DNA of 64,000 nt, taken from the NCBI RefSeq assembly GCF_044704955.1, contig NC_091984.1, positions 178,374,001 through 178,438,000 on the forward strand, written 5' to 3'. The notes beneath the pieces are model-generated. The model had not been told where the DNA came from. It made no database searches and saw only the letters and a program-made list of their open reading frames with translations. Made by a program: the position numbers and the translations under genes. Below, in pieces: positions 46,801 through 59,984 of the stretch. Numbering within the stretch: position 1 is the first letter of the stretch; every line of letters begins with the position of its first letter. The DNA comes from Pristiophorus japonicus (lineage: Eukaryota).

Positions 46801-49599
46801 CGCCGTGGAGCGCGGAGGGGAAGGTGTAGAGGTGGTAATACGGATTCTTTTTCCCTCAACCTGTTTCAGCGAATACACTGACACACGAACACCTTGTTGC
46901 CTTTTCTGTAAAAGACCTTTATTGAAGATATCCATTAGGTTTAGGTTAAGTAGTCGCTGACGCACCCCAAATTATATCCTTTCTTTAGATTCTTTTATTA
47001 CTAGCACCCCCCCCCCCCCCCGCTTTTTTTCTGTTCTGTTCCCACCCTTCTGTTTCTTGCGGGTGGATTTGGCTGCTTGATTTGCGGCTTCGTCTGCCCA
47101 GGCATGAGCTTCTAGAACTGAAATTCCATCCAGTTGGATTTCTGCGCCCTTCCCCTTTTGGTCCTATGAACTTGCTCCTGTTCTCGGAATCTACTGGCGC
47201 CCATGGCATCGGCAGCCTGCTGCATTACAACCTTACTTAATACACTATACATAGCCATACGTTAAAATAAGTTCTGTCCTTGCTCCAGTCCTTGGCTGCT
47301 GGGATGCATATTTTGGCAGTTAAATTAAACAAAGCTAGTTCATGTAGTTGTGTCTTTCCTGCATGTGCTATATCTCTCGTAGTCCATCTGTATTGTCCAG
47401 TGCCTGCGTGGGCCTTAAGGTTCTCAGTATCCTGAGTCTCCAGAGTCGAAGTAGCCGCTGTGGTCCCATCTCGGTGAGTGTTTTATCTGCAAATTTTAAA
47501 CAGATAGCCTGGTCGTCACCAGGTGTTAGGTTCTGGTCTACTCATCTTTTATCCATGCATATTGAGGTCACTCTGTGAAATCGGAGGTAAAGGTTAGGTT
47601 TGTAGACTACACTTACCCACCGTGAGGTACATTGGCTCTATTGCCGTAGGTGATGGTGCTATGGCTGCACACTGCACTATCCATTTGGCCCCGTTTATTT
47701 TTAAACCTCTTCCAGCTTATTTATCTTAACTTTTAACTCTTGAATTTATTTTGTTTGAGTATCTTTCTTTTATTTGTATCAGGCGAGTATTATTACATAG
47801 GCTAGTTCTGTTTTTATTTTTATTCTGACTATCGCACCATTTCCTCTGTCAGGTGAGTCTTTTTTATTCTATTAAGAAATCCAAATTAATAATGTCCAGT
47901 ATAAAACAGCTGTCAATGGAAAGGGTTAACTCCTTTACAGGTTTGTAAGAAAGCCTGATGTCATTACGTGATTTCGCGTAATCATCCGAAAAATTATTTT
48001 TTTAAGTCTTCTCATCAGGAAAGACGACATTTTAGATTAAACTCCAATTTTTTCTTAACTTCTAATTCAAGTACTTGCCAAAGGTTTTTTTTTATTGGTT
48101 TACACCGAGACCACACATTTATAATAGCTATTTTGTTTACTGAAATCCAATTTTCACACACGCTGTGTACATTCCAACATTTCGTTTTATTTTACGGTCC
48201 CGTTCACTGGGCAAATCTTGTGTTTTATTTCTCTCTCAGCACAAAATCTAAACATCCGTGCCAGTTCCATTTTCTATAAGAATTTTAAAATTTAGTAAGA
48301 TTCTCTAATTCCCAGTTTTTTCTTTCTGTGCTGAGTTCGCATAGCTTAGATCTTTTCTTCTCAGTATTTTCAAAACCCTCCTGCTTGTTTAGACTGTTCA
48401 GGACGTTTCTTGATAAACAACGTCCATTTTGGAAATCTTTCAAACTGCAGTGAAACTTTCTCGTAATTTAAAATCATTATCAATGGAGAGTGTCTTTTAC
48501 TTCTTCAAATTATTTTTTTTCAATTAAACCAATATCTTTTTCACAGCCGATATCAACTAGGATTTAGTAAGTTATGTCTTTTTCCATCGCAAACACCCCT
48601 TTTTTTTTCCCAGCACCTAATTAGTGCGTTACGTCTTTTTTCCAGATCACCTTTCTTCAAATTAGGTTTTGTATTTTACATGGAGGGCTCATGTCTCTGT
48701 AAATTTGTTAATTTAAAATCATCAGACAATCAAAGGCACTTTTCCTTTCAAATTCATTCAATTTGTTTACTTTCAAAGTTGCGTCTTTATCTTTTTCTTT
48801 TCTCCATAATTAGAACGGAGTCTAGCACGTAGGCTTTGAGGACTGCTTTTCGTTATCTCAAAATGTTCCAGTTTCAATGTCGTTAAAATGTCTTTTTTTT
48901 AATTGCTAAAGCTTGCTGTTTTAACATTTTCAAAAGTCCTTTTTACACCTTCTCAGATAGCTCGCAACTCGCCGAGGAGTTTGACCTGATCCCTGAAGGT
49001 ATTTCTAGATTGTTTCCAAACCTTTTAGTTTTATTTCCTCCTTTTTCTTTATGAGATCAGATTTAATTTAATAACTTTTTTTTTAGTTTGAATCCACCTC
49101 AGTATTTTGCTGTGCCTTCTCTTAATATCTCAAAATCCCAATTCAAATTTTGTAATTTCAATCTTTATTTAAAACTCTTTTTTTTTGAGCTAGAAGCTTT
49201 TTTAAAAAGCATTCTTTATCTCATTCCTAGACTAAATTTGTGTCTTTCAACCCAATGTAATCAATCCTCTGTGCATTTCCTAGCTCCGTAACTTATCATA
49301 CAAATAAATCCACACCTGCGTTTCTAACTTAAAATGTCTTAAAACTTCCCACATACAGGACGACACTACAAAGGGTTGAAAAAACTTTCACTCTGTTTGG
49401 AAATGTGGGTGGAGCTAAAATAAACAGACAGCTGCACCACTCTTCCAAACAGGCTTTAGAAACATGAAAACATAAAAAATTCATTCCGCAGTCAAAAAAA
49501 ATCACACAAGGACACTCACTCAACGACAGACATTCACAAAAGTCTCTCTTCATTCAACAAAGCTTATTAATTTTTTTTTTTTGGCCGGCTCTATTTTTG

Positions 49600-49900
49600 G
49601 ATCCATGATTGCCCATTCCCACGTTGCCCCGTGGTAAAGAAACATTTTATCCTTACACAATTTCTTTTATCCTTGCACAATTCCTCGCATCGCCCCGCGA
49701 TTTAGTTTTACACAATTCCTCGCGTCGCCCCGCGATTTAGTTTTACACAATTCCTCGCATCGCCCCGCAATTTAGTTTTACACAATTTCCCTTTCCTCGG
49801 GATCGCCCCGCAGTGTTCCTATTCACGTTGCCCCGCGATAGTCTATTTCCCTTTCCCTCCGCGTTGCCCCGTGGTGTTCCTATTCGCGTCGCCCCGTGAT
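49600..49900. repeat. 35-bp tandem repeat and shorter gccccg repeats in the ERV leader
   Basis: ttttacacaattcctcgcatcgccccgcgatttag x3 plus degenerate copies. Confidence 0.85.
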
Positions 49901-50115
49901 TTCCTAAGTTAAAAGGTATTTGCCAGATTGACCTGGATCTCATTAGGATGCTACCTGAGAACCAGCGAGTGGCAAAACTTTCTTCAAGACTTTTGGGACT
50001 GGAGGAAACCGAGGTAGTATTTAAAAGGTATTCACTCGGGTGGCCATTTTCCTCCCGTCTCGTCCGAGGCTAGTTCAGCTCTTAATTCGCAAGTCCCCAG
50101 CGGTCGTCCGTTGAG

Positions 50116-50133
50116 ATCCCACTTCTGACACCA
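50116..50133 (-). other. Primer-binding site complementary to tRNA-Leu 3' end
   Basis: TGGTGTCAGAAGTGGGAT, 2 nt after the LTR; complement of ...ATCCCACTTCTGACACCA of vertebrate tRNA-Leu(CAA). Confidence 0.85.
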
Positions 50134-51160
50134 AATGTTAATACGGATTCTTTTTCCCTCAATCTGTTTCAGCGAATACACTGACACACGAACACCTTGT
50201 TGTCTTTTCTGTAAAAGACCTTCATTGAAGATTCTCCGGCCGGGACTTGTCAAGACAAAGGAACACTCTCTGTCAGAGCTTGTTCACCTTCCTCTGGACA
50301 AGCCCCTTTTCAGCGCGAAAACACAGCAGTTATACATTTTCAAAACATAACACATTTGATTAGCACTTGGTCTATCCACTCCCTTTCTTCCTCCCCCCCG
50401 AGTATGTCCAATGGCAGGCGAGGAAGTCTCCTAATTAGGGCTGGCCCCAAGGTCAGCTTGTTTATAGCTTCATTACATTATCCTTCCTTATCAGTAAAAA
50501 CCATTTCCTCCTTATCAGTAAAAACCATTACATTACCCTCTCCTATCCGTGATTGCTTTTTCTTTCGCGTGACCCGTGTTTAACCTCAACTCTCAGTAAC
50601 CCCTTTTTTTTTCTGTCGATTCTGCAATTGTCTGCATCTTGACATTTCTTGAGCTATTTTCCCATGATTCCCTATCTCCATCCCTCTGCCACATTCACAA
50701 TCCTTCTGTACACATTCTCAGAGGTGGGGAGAAGAAGGGGAAGGGGGAAGGAAAGTGAGGTGCATGTCCGCAGGTGATGGCTGTGTTATATCTCCATCTG
50801 GATGTATGCAATTTGTTGTAACATATGGGGGGAGGGGACCACCCTCCTGCTTTGCATTTGTATTCTGTGTTGCTGGACATGTGGAAAAAGTTGGGTGGGG
50901 GTTGGGTGTTTTTGCCTGTGATACTTATGATTTTAGACCAATGTTGGTATAAATTTTTTTTATTGAACATAACCTTGTTGCGCATTGTCTCAGATAGCTG
51001 GGCCATTACACACTGGTGATTCCTTAACATGAAAGGGTTAAATAAAATGTAACTTCAATCAACGTAAACTTTAACTGGCACCAACGTGATGGGCACCATT
51101 GATGTCTGAGCTGCACACACACAGCAGTGTGTCAGCGTTGTTATTCACAGCAACGTTCTT

Positions 51161-52365
51161 TCAGGCAAATTGTTCAGATATCAGCTCCTGACGTAAGAGA
51201 CTTGCAGCTATGCAGCCACCACGAGCCCTTTCCTGCGGTCTGGAGGGAGTCGTGGGCATAGTTGCATAGCCAGCCTGATTGTCTGGCCCTAAATCAGCAT
51301 CCAGCCCTTCATCGCCCTCTTCCTCTCTCTCCTGAAGTGGAGCATCTGTCCCTTCTGGCAATTCTTGGCCACTCCTGATAGCCAGATTAAGCAGCATGGA
51401 GCACACGGCCAGGAATTTAACTACTTGCTCAGGGTTGTATTGTAGCTCCCCTCCTGAGTGTTCCAGACATCTAAAGTGCTGCTTCAGCACAGTTATTGTT
51501 TTCTGGACCACATTGTGTGTGGCTCTGTGGCTCTGGTTGTATTGCTTCTCGGCCTCGGTGTGGGTGTCACACAGGGGAGTCATCAGCCAGGTGGCTAGGC
51601 CATATCAGTTATCACCAAGCATCCAGCAATGTCCTTGTGGCTGACTCTTAAAGATGTCAGAGACAGCGCTCTCACGCAGGATGTGAGCCTCATCGAAGGT
51701 GCCCAGACATTTGGCATTCACTGCCATGATGATCTGGTTGTGGTCGACAACTAGTTGGACCTTCAGGGAATGAAATCCTTTTCTGTTACGAAAATGCTCC
51801 AGGTCCTGAGAAGGTGCCCGCATGGCGATGTGAGTGCACTGTATAGCTCACTGCACCCTGGGGAACTTAGCAATGCTGTAGAATGCTCCAGCCCTGTCAG
51901 TCTGAGCTTCCATGGTCACGGGGAAGCTGATAAAGTCCATCCTTCTCGTGTACAGGGCCTCCGTGACCTGTCTAATGCAGTGATGGGTGGTATGGTGAGA
52001 CAGAGGGCAAAGCTCGACCGTGGAGGCCCGAAAGGAACCGGACGCGTAGAACGACAGTGCCGCGGTGACCTTGACCTCTACGGACAGTGATGTCCTGATG
52101 GCAGGCTGCATATGTGGCCTGATGAGCTCACATATTTCATTGATCACCACCTTGTGGAAGCGCAGTCTCCGAAGGCAGGTGTGGTCGGACACGTCGCGGT
52201 AAGACCTCTTTTCTCTGTACGTGCGAGCTGTGTATGGTCTGGCCTCCTCCTCATTCTTGCACATCTTAAATTGGGGACATAATGATGTGCATCACACATT
52301 GACCCATGTGCACTCTGCAGCATCTGCTTTTAATCGATGCAGGCTGAGAAATGGCTGGCCCCATT
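51161..52365 (-). pseudogene. Harbinger (HARBI1-like) DDE transposase, disrupted
   Basis: CLRRLRF, AALSFYASGSF, FRNRKGFHSLKVQLVVD, WMLGD, YNQSHRAT, VLKQHFRCL across three frames with stops. Confidence 0.9.
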
Positions 52366-52981
52366 GTAATGAAAGTATAATAGCAATTGATCAGAAGGAA
52401 TCATTTCCTCACTAAAATACACCTAGAGTAAACCCCCAATAGTCCAGTAATGAAAATATGTCTGTTGAGATGGTCACTTCACCTGAGAAGAACTCCAGAG
52501 TCAATGAAAACTCCCCCGAAGTTGAAGCAGCGTTTTGAATGAAGCAAACTTCAATTTTAAAAATGGCAGCCACACCGCTGGCTTTAGTTAGAACAGTTCC
52601 ACTTTTTCTGGGTGGTTATTTGGACGAGCGATATTGTGGGAGATATGTGTGAGAGGTGGTGAAAGTGACGGTGGGCGATCTCCTGGGTGTTAGTTTCGGC
52701 AAATGTGCTCTTTACGACAATGGGCAGGTGGTATTATTGAATCTCGGCATTAATTCCGTGCGGAAAGTAATGCTGGGCGATATTATGGCCATTGATTTAG
52801 TCCATTCTGATGATTCCGCCCAAAAATGTGGGGGGACGGTATTATTTTTTCCCGGTGTTACGCACATGGGGAAAGTAACGTTCGCCGATAAGTTTCCGAA
52901 AAATGCTCAACAGTTTCCATTTTGTGGCTAAATGGGTGATATATGGGCGTTATATGTCATTTCAGCGGTAAAATGGACGTT

Positions 52982-54795
52982 AAACAGGTTATCAGCCTTC
53001 GGTAATGGGTATTGATCCTGTTTCAAAACTCGGTTGATTGTAACCTTGTAGTTTTCACAAATCCAGACAGTGCCATCACTCTTCAACACAGGAACAATGG
53101 GGTGGCCCATTCGTTAAATTCGACGGGTGATATGACCCCTTCACACTAGAGTCTGCCCAGTTCTATTTCGACCTTCTCCCTCATCATGTACCGAACCGCC
53201 TGAGTTTTATGATGGACGGGTCTTGCATCCGAGTCCACTTGGATCTGTGCCTTGGCTCCCGTGAAATTGCCGATGGCTGGTTCAAACAATGAGGGAAACT
53301 TGCTCAGCACTTGAGCACATGGAGTATCATCCTCCGATGACAATGCTTTGATATCATTCCAATTCCATTTGATTTTTACTAGCCAATTCCTGCCGAACAG
53401 CATTGGACCATTGCCTGGAACAATCCATAACGGTAAATCATGAACTGCACCATCATACGACACCTAGACTACTGCACTGCCAATCACTTTTATGAGTTCT
53501 TTAGTGTACGTACGCAACTTGGCATTGACTGGACTCAGCTTAGGCCTCACAGCCTTAGTATCCCACAGCTTGTCAAATGTCCTCTAGCTCATTATTGATT
53601 GATTCACACTCGTGTCCAATTTCATCGGTACCGGCACACCTTTAAGTTTCACATTAATCATTATCGGTTGGCTCTTTGTTAGGAATGAATACAGTCCATA
53701 CACCTCCTCCTCTGGTATCTCAGATTGCATATCCGGATCTGCGCTATACTGGTCATCATCCTCCACGTGGTGTGTCGCAGCACGCTTGCTCAGTTGCGGA
53801 CACATGCGCTGGAGATGCCTCAGTCTCGATCAGCCTTTACAAATATACTGTTTAAACCGCTGATGAGGCCGATGATTGCCCCCACAACGCCAACATGGTG
53901 AAATCAGATTCATTCCCATTGGCGGACTTTGGGTAGCCACAGATTTCGCATACTCTGTTGAGTAGGCCCTGCCATATGCAGCTCTGTCAAACGATGATAC
54001 AATCTTGTTTACAGTACTTGCCGAGTTCCGATTTTTTGATGATATCTGCTTTAAGTTTTTATCCGTCATCATGCATGCCTGGGCAATCGTGATGGCCTTG
54101 CTCAAATCCAGCATCTCCGCCGCCAGTAGCTTACACAGGATCACCTCGTGGTTGATGCCAATTACAAAGAAATCCTGCAGCATGTTCCCAACATGTTTTT
54201 GAACTTATACAGTCCAGCTAGGTGTCTTAGGTCGGCAATGAATTCCGGCACATCCTGTCCCCCAGAACGAACGTGCTTGTAGAATCAATATTGTGAGATG
54301 ATGATGTCTTCTTCTGGTTTGTGATGATCACATACTAGAGCACACAATTCCTCATAGCCCTTGTTCGTTGGACGTGCAAGCGAGAGAAGATTCTTTATGA
54401 GTCCATAGATTTTTGGACCGCAAATCGTGGGGAAGACCGCCCTGCGCCTAACTGCGTCAGTGGGTACCTCCATTTTGTTGGCCACGAAGTACTGGTCCAG
54501 GCAAGCTACAAAATCTGCCCAGTCCTCTCCCTCCACAAATCTCTCCAGAATTCCAATTGTGCTCATTTTTGCATGCGAAAGTTCTTAAGTTACCTCGTCG
54601 CCAAATGTTATGTATGTAATAACTCGATAGACTGAATACTGTAAACTAACACAGGTACAAACCTGGCTTGGCTTTATTAGGGCCCAAAGTGATTACATTA
54701 CAAGATGGCTTGCCTTTTATACCTGGTCCGCGCACACGTGCGCACAGGCCAATAACCTCCTGGTGGCTAGTATCCCCGAGCATACATACATGACA
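52982..54795 (-). mobile_element. Second Mag-type Gypsy: 5' LTR (54606-54795), gag, protease and start of RT; 3' half missing
   Basis: LTR tgttatgtatgta...tacatacatgaca; PBS TGGCGACGAGG (tRNA-Ser(GCT)-like); QYFVAN, CWRCGGNH, MKLDTS, PIVPVLKSDG..YPLP. Confidence 0.88.
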
Positions 54796-57780
54796 ATGTG
54801 CATAATGGTATCTGTACCCATTCTTGATATAACACATCTAACTCATCTCTTTGCTCTCTCACAGGTCCATCAAGAGACCCCACCACCCCCGCCCACTAAC
54901 CAGGAAGAAGAGCAAGACGATTCTTCAGAGGAACCTCCAGCCTCTGAGGGCTCACCGTCAGCAGACATAAGCACACACAGCACCAGCGCAGATACGCATA
55001 CCTCGGTGGGTGTAACACGAGATAGAGTAGTGTTGTCACCTAGTGCCTCAAAACTCACAAATGAGCAAGAGCAGATGGTGGCGACAGGGACAGCAGTGGA
55101 TACTCCTCGCCAGAGGGCACAGGACGCTCCCAGCTCTGCTCAGCTACATGCAGACACTGAGCCTCGGGGCCATCCAGAAAGAGGGCGATCCAGGAGTTGC
55201 AGCAAGAAGTGCAGGAGGCTTTGACAGGTTTTGCGACCGCGATGTCTGCAAATATGCAGAGAATGGAGGAGTCCATCTCCAACATGAGAGCCACAGGCAA
55301 TGACGACTGTTGGCTCTTCCATGGATAGGATGGCCACCTGCATGGAGCAGCTGATGTGCCACTCTCAGGAGCACATGGCCTCTATGGAGAATTTATGGTA
55401 GATGTTGATAGATCTCTTTTCTAGGAGGGATGTTAATGTAGACTTGGGTCCATATGACCCCACTGCTGTGCAGCAAGGTGCTCTCCAGCTCCTTGCTATC
55501 AGGGAAGTGTGGGTGGCCCATGAGAGGGATGATGGTGAGAGGGGACATAGAAGTGGGGGCTCCTCTCAAAGTGCTCACACTTCTCAATTTTGCCGCCGCG
55601 CCCCCATCCCCCCCACCCCCAGCCCCCAACCCCCCGCAGTCACATGGCTCCTCGGATCGCAATGGTCGAGTCTGCCCCTACAAGTCACAGAAGGAACAGA
55701 CTTTGGCGGGGCCATCACAGGCTCCAAAACCCAGAGGAAGTCCGCCAAAAATGTCTAAGCAGGGTAGAGAGCCGGCTGCCTCTACCTCTGCTGAAACCAC
55801 AGGGATAGCAGCTCGTAGAAGCACACATAAGAGAAAGATGAAGCACATGTAGATGCACAAGTGTTGTTTTAATATATGTTTCTGTAAAATTTCCGTTACT
55901 GTAATGTCATGCATAAAACTATTTATTTTCACCACATGGACAAATTTGTGTGCAACTTTGGAAGTGGCTCAGTGAGTTGGAGTGAATGGTGAGACATAAC
56001 TTTACCTCCAGCAATGGTGGTCAGTGTGAAAGGAATGGTTTGGTCATTGTAGGGATGCTTTATGGTGTTGCTGTGGGGTGGGGTGAACCTGGTGCAGCAC
56101 GTGTCTGCCATATGGGTGTAATGCATGAAGTTAAGTAAATTTGTTCATCTGGGCAGCAATGCACTCGGGCGCTGGTGGGATCTGGACTGCAGGTTCCTCC
56201 TGCTCCTCTGAAGAGGCTGTGCACTCAGAGCCTTGCTCCTCATGCAGTGCTAATCCTCGCTCCTGCGCTATGTTGTGCAGGGGGAAGCAGAAGACCCTGG
56301 CTGGTGCGTACTGAAGAGCTCCTCCAGATCTGTCAAGACATCTGAAGCGCATTTTCAGCATGATTGTTGTCTGCTCTATGATACATCTGGTGGAACTATG
56401 GCTTTCATTATATCTCTCCTCGGCCTCAGTACTTGGCCTCCCCAAGGGCATCATGAGCCACATCTTCAGTGGCTAGCCCTTGTTTCCAAGCAGTATGCTG
56501 GAAAGTCTGTTTGGAGGAGCAAAGAGCCGAGGAAGGGTGGACTGGTGCAGGACGAAAGAGTCATGGCAGGGAATTTGGCGCACACATGCATGATGATCTT
56601 CCTATGGTTGCAGACCAGCTACACATTGAGGCAGTGGAAGCCCTTGTGGTTGGCAAAGCCTCCTGGGTGATGATGGGTGCCCTGATGGCAGTCGATGACG
56701 CTCTGCACCCGTGGGAAGCCAACCAGAGCGGCAAAGGCCAGCGCCCGCTCAGTAACACTGGCTTAAAGTTGATACAATTGTCTGACCTGTCAAATAGGGC
56801 ATTGGTGACCTGTGTGATGCATCTGTGGGCGGCCGACTGTGAGATGCCACAGATATCTGCTGCAGATCCCTGGAAAGAGCCTGAGGCGAAGAAGTTGAGG
56901 GCGCTGGTAACGCATGTCCACCTGCTCCTCTGGGCTGCAGATCTTGCTCCAGCAATGTGCAAATGTCTGTAACAACCTGGCTGAGCCTCCTTTGGCACTG
57001 CTACTCTGTCATGTTGAAAAGGCTTATCCTCTGCCTATATTCCCAGTGATGGGAGTATTGCCTCCGGCGCAGTGCAGCCCTGCACTCATGCCGTCTGTCC
57101 TGTGCAGCATCAGGTGGTTGAGGGGAAGGTTTGCGGTGTTGGTGTTGGTGCTGCTGGTGCGCCTAGTGCTGCTGGTGTTGGGGCTCATCATGGTCCGATT
57201 CTGAGGCCCAAGGTGAGAGAGTATAAACAGCACTCATTCTGATGTAATAGATGGCAGGACAAGTAGAGATCAGTGGTGTGATACGTTCTACTAATGAGGT
57301 GACAGTGGATCCTTACTTTGTTGGAAACCCTTGCAACCTCTGGAAAGCTAAATCTGTGCTGACAATGCACTCAGCAACAGTATCTGCCTGAGGAAAGTGA
57401 CCAACTGTCCGGTGGAGTTTTCATGCTGGGCACAAATGAGCTGGATCAATGGCCACTGAACTTCCACCTCAGGTTCACAGACATGGTTCCCAAGCTCCGT
57501 GATTCCTGTGCACAACCGGGGAAATTTGAAAGGTAGGGTTAAAAAGTAGCTTAAGGGTCTGACAAGTACCTCACAATGATCTCAATTACGTTGGCCGCAT
57601 CTGCCGGTCGGGCCGCTGCCACACTTTGATACGGGCCAGAGGGAAAGGCACGTGGAAGCGGGATGACAGTGGATTCCCGACCCGCTCCATGGTTTTTCAA
57701 ATTTCCCTCCAATCACCGGGTTTATGGCTCCACTTGTGCCAACAGCTTTCCAATAGCTCACCCAAGGGACCGAATGAGCC
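54796..57780. mobile_element. PIF/Harbinger transposon 2, right part (last exon of accessory gene ~54865-55852 plus; transposase minus)
   Basis: Same convergent layout as element 1; ctctcacag acceptor; basic C-terminus RRSTHKRKMKHM*; termini not identified. Confidence 0.75.
56131..57190 (-). pseudogene. Harbinger DDE transposase 2, disrupted
   Basis: [36 protein letters not shown]; WLMMPL..AEERYNESHSSTRCIIEQT..LKMRFRCLDRSGGALQY. Confidence 0.88.
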
Positions 57781-57781
57781 T

Positions 57782-59984
57782 AGAATTAGGAGCAGGAGTA
57801 GGCCATTCGGCCCCTCGAGCCTGCTCCGCCATTCAATGAGATCATGGTTGATCTTCTACCTCAATTCCGCTTTCCTGCATTATCCCCATATCCCTTGATT
57901 CCCTTAATTTCAAAAATCTATCGATCTCTGTCTTCAATATACGACTGAGTAGAGAATTCCAAACATTCAGCACCCTCTGAGTGAAAAGATTTCTCCTCAT
58001 CTCAGTCCTAAATGCCCGACCCCTTATTCTGAGACTGTGAGCCCTGGTTCTAGATACACCAGCCAGGAGAAACATCCTCCCTACATCTACCCTGTCAAAT
58101 CCTGTAAGAATTTTGTACGTTTGAATGAGATCACCTCATTCTTCTAAACTCTAGAGAATCTCTACTCAATCTCTCCTCATAGGACAATCCCCCCATCCCA
58201 GGAATCAGTCTGGTGAACCTTCGTTGCACTCCCTCTATGGCAAGTGTATTCTTCCTTAGGTAAGGAGACCAAACCTGTACACAATACTTTTGGTGCGGTC
58301 TCACCAGGGCCCTATATAATTGCAGTAAGATGTCTTTACTCTTATACTCAAATCCTCTTGTAAAAAAGCCATCATACAATTTGCTTTCTTAATTGCTTGC
58401 TGTACCTGCATGTTAACTTTTAGTGATTCCTGTACAAGGACACCCAGGTCCTTCTGAACACCAACATTTCCCAATCTCTCACCATTTAAAAAATACTCTG
58501 CTTTTCTATTTTTCCTACCAAAGTGGATAACTTCACATTTCTCCACATTATATTCCATTTTCCATGTCCTTGCCCACTCACTTAGCCTGTCTATACCCCT
58601 TGAAGTCTCTTTTCATCCTCCTCACAATTTATATTCCCACCTAGCGTTGTATCATCAGCAAACTTGGATATATTACATTTGGTCCCCTCATCCAAATCAT
58701 TTATATAGATTGTGAATAGCTGGGGCCCAAGCACCGATCCTTGCTAGTTATAGCCTGCAAACCCAAAAATGACCCGTTTTTTCCTACTCTGTTTCCTGTC
58801 CGTTAACCAATCCACGCATATTATCCCCAATCCCAAGAGCACTAATTTTGTTCAATAACCTCTTGTGTGGCCTTCTGAAAATCCAAATACACCAAATCCA
58901 AAGGTCCCCCTTGTCTATTGTGCTAGTTACAACCTCAAAAACCTCTAAGGTTTTGTCAAACATGATTTCCTTTTCATAAATCCATGTTGACTCTGCCCAA
59001 TCCTATTATTATTTTCTAAGTGCCCTGCTACCATGTCCTTAATAATGGATTCTAGCATTTTCTCTACTACTGATGTCAGGCTAACTGGTCTGTAGTTCCC
59101 CATTTTCTCTCTCACTCCTTTCTTAAATAGTGGGTTACATTTGCTACCTTCCAATCCGCGGGAACCATTTTAGAATCTATGGAATTTTGGAAGATGACAA
59201 CCAATGCATCCACTATCTCTACAGCCACCTTTTACAAAACCCTTGGGTGTAGGCCATCTGGTCTAGGGGATTTATCGGCTTTCAGTCCCATCAATTACTC
59301 CAGTACTGTTTTTTTATTAATATTTTCTTTCAGTTCCTCATTCTCGCTAGACCCTTGGTACTCCACTATTTCCAGAAAGTATTTGTTTAATTTCTTTGCT
59401 ATTTCCTTATTCCCCATTATAATTTCTCCTGCCTTGGCCTGTAGCAGATCCACATTTACTTTTGTTAATCTTTTCCATTTTACATATCTATAGAAGATTT
59501 TACAATCCGTTTTTATGTCTCTCGCTAGTTTACTCTCATAATCTATTTTCTCTTTCTTTATCAATTTTTTGGTCCTCCTTTGCTGAATTCTAAAATCCTT
59601 CCAATCCTGAGGCCTTTTTGGCAACATTATAAGCCTCTTCCTTTGTTCTAATACTATCTTTAATTTCTCTTGTTTGCCATGGTTGAACCACTTTTCCTGT
59701 GGGGTTTTTGTGCCTTAAAGGACTGTATGTTTGTTCGAAATTATATATTCATTCTTTAAATGCTAGCCATTGCTTATCTACCGTCATATCTTTTAACGTA
59801 GATTCCCAATCTATCTTATCCAACACTCCCCTTATAACCACGTAGTTTACTTTGTTTAGATTTAAGACCCTAGTTTCAGATTTAACTAAATCACTTTCAA
59901 ACTTAATGTAAAGTTCTATAATATAATGGTCACTCTTCCCTAAGGGCCCCTTTACTACAAGCTTATTAATTATCCCTTTCTCAT
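57782..59984 (-). mobile_element. CR1 LINE ORF2 and 3' end; 5' part continues at 61528-61850
   Basis: EKGIINKLVVKGPLGKSDH, NYRPVSLTSVV, QHGFMKRKSCLT, MEYNVEKCEV, HSLRIRGRAFRTEMRRN. Confidence 0.9.

Larger units (their letters stand above)
46833..50720 (-). mobile_element. Deleted endogenous retrovirus (class I / epsilon-like): 5' LTR 50136-50720, leader, gag remnant, ~97-bp 3' LTR stub 46833-46929
   Basis: 4-bp TSD GAGG (46829-46832, 50721-50724); TG...CA LTR; perfect 18-nt PBS; gag-like IPAAKDWSK near 47280-47310; no pol or env seen. Confidence 0.82.
45058..50758 (+). pseudogene. Harbinger Myb/SANT-like DNA-binding gene (exons 45058-45369, 45647-~45803, 46090-46832 + 50721-50758)
   Basis: RKRARRFSDEANASLL..WTKIAEVV..QCRKR.NDL; GTAAGT donor; KKL..RRTGGGP motif; second donor mutated (ATGAGT); last exon split by the ERV. 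Confidence 0.8.
44622..52981. mobile_element. PIF/Harbinger DNA transposon 1 (two convergent genes; right TIR lost)
   Basis: TAA then GGGCTAGATTTT terminus; aaatgggcgtta subterminal repeats at both ends; Myb/SANT gene on plus, DDE transposase on minus. Confidence 0.88.

Noticed and set aside
45058-57190. Domesticated HARBI1 / NAIF1 / MSANTD host genes
   Set aside because: Frames have stops, frameshifts, a dead splice donor and an ERV insertion, and lie within transposon-type termini.
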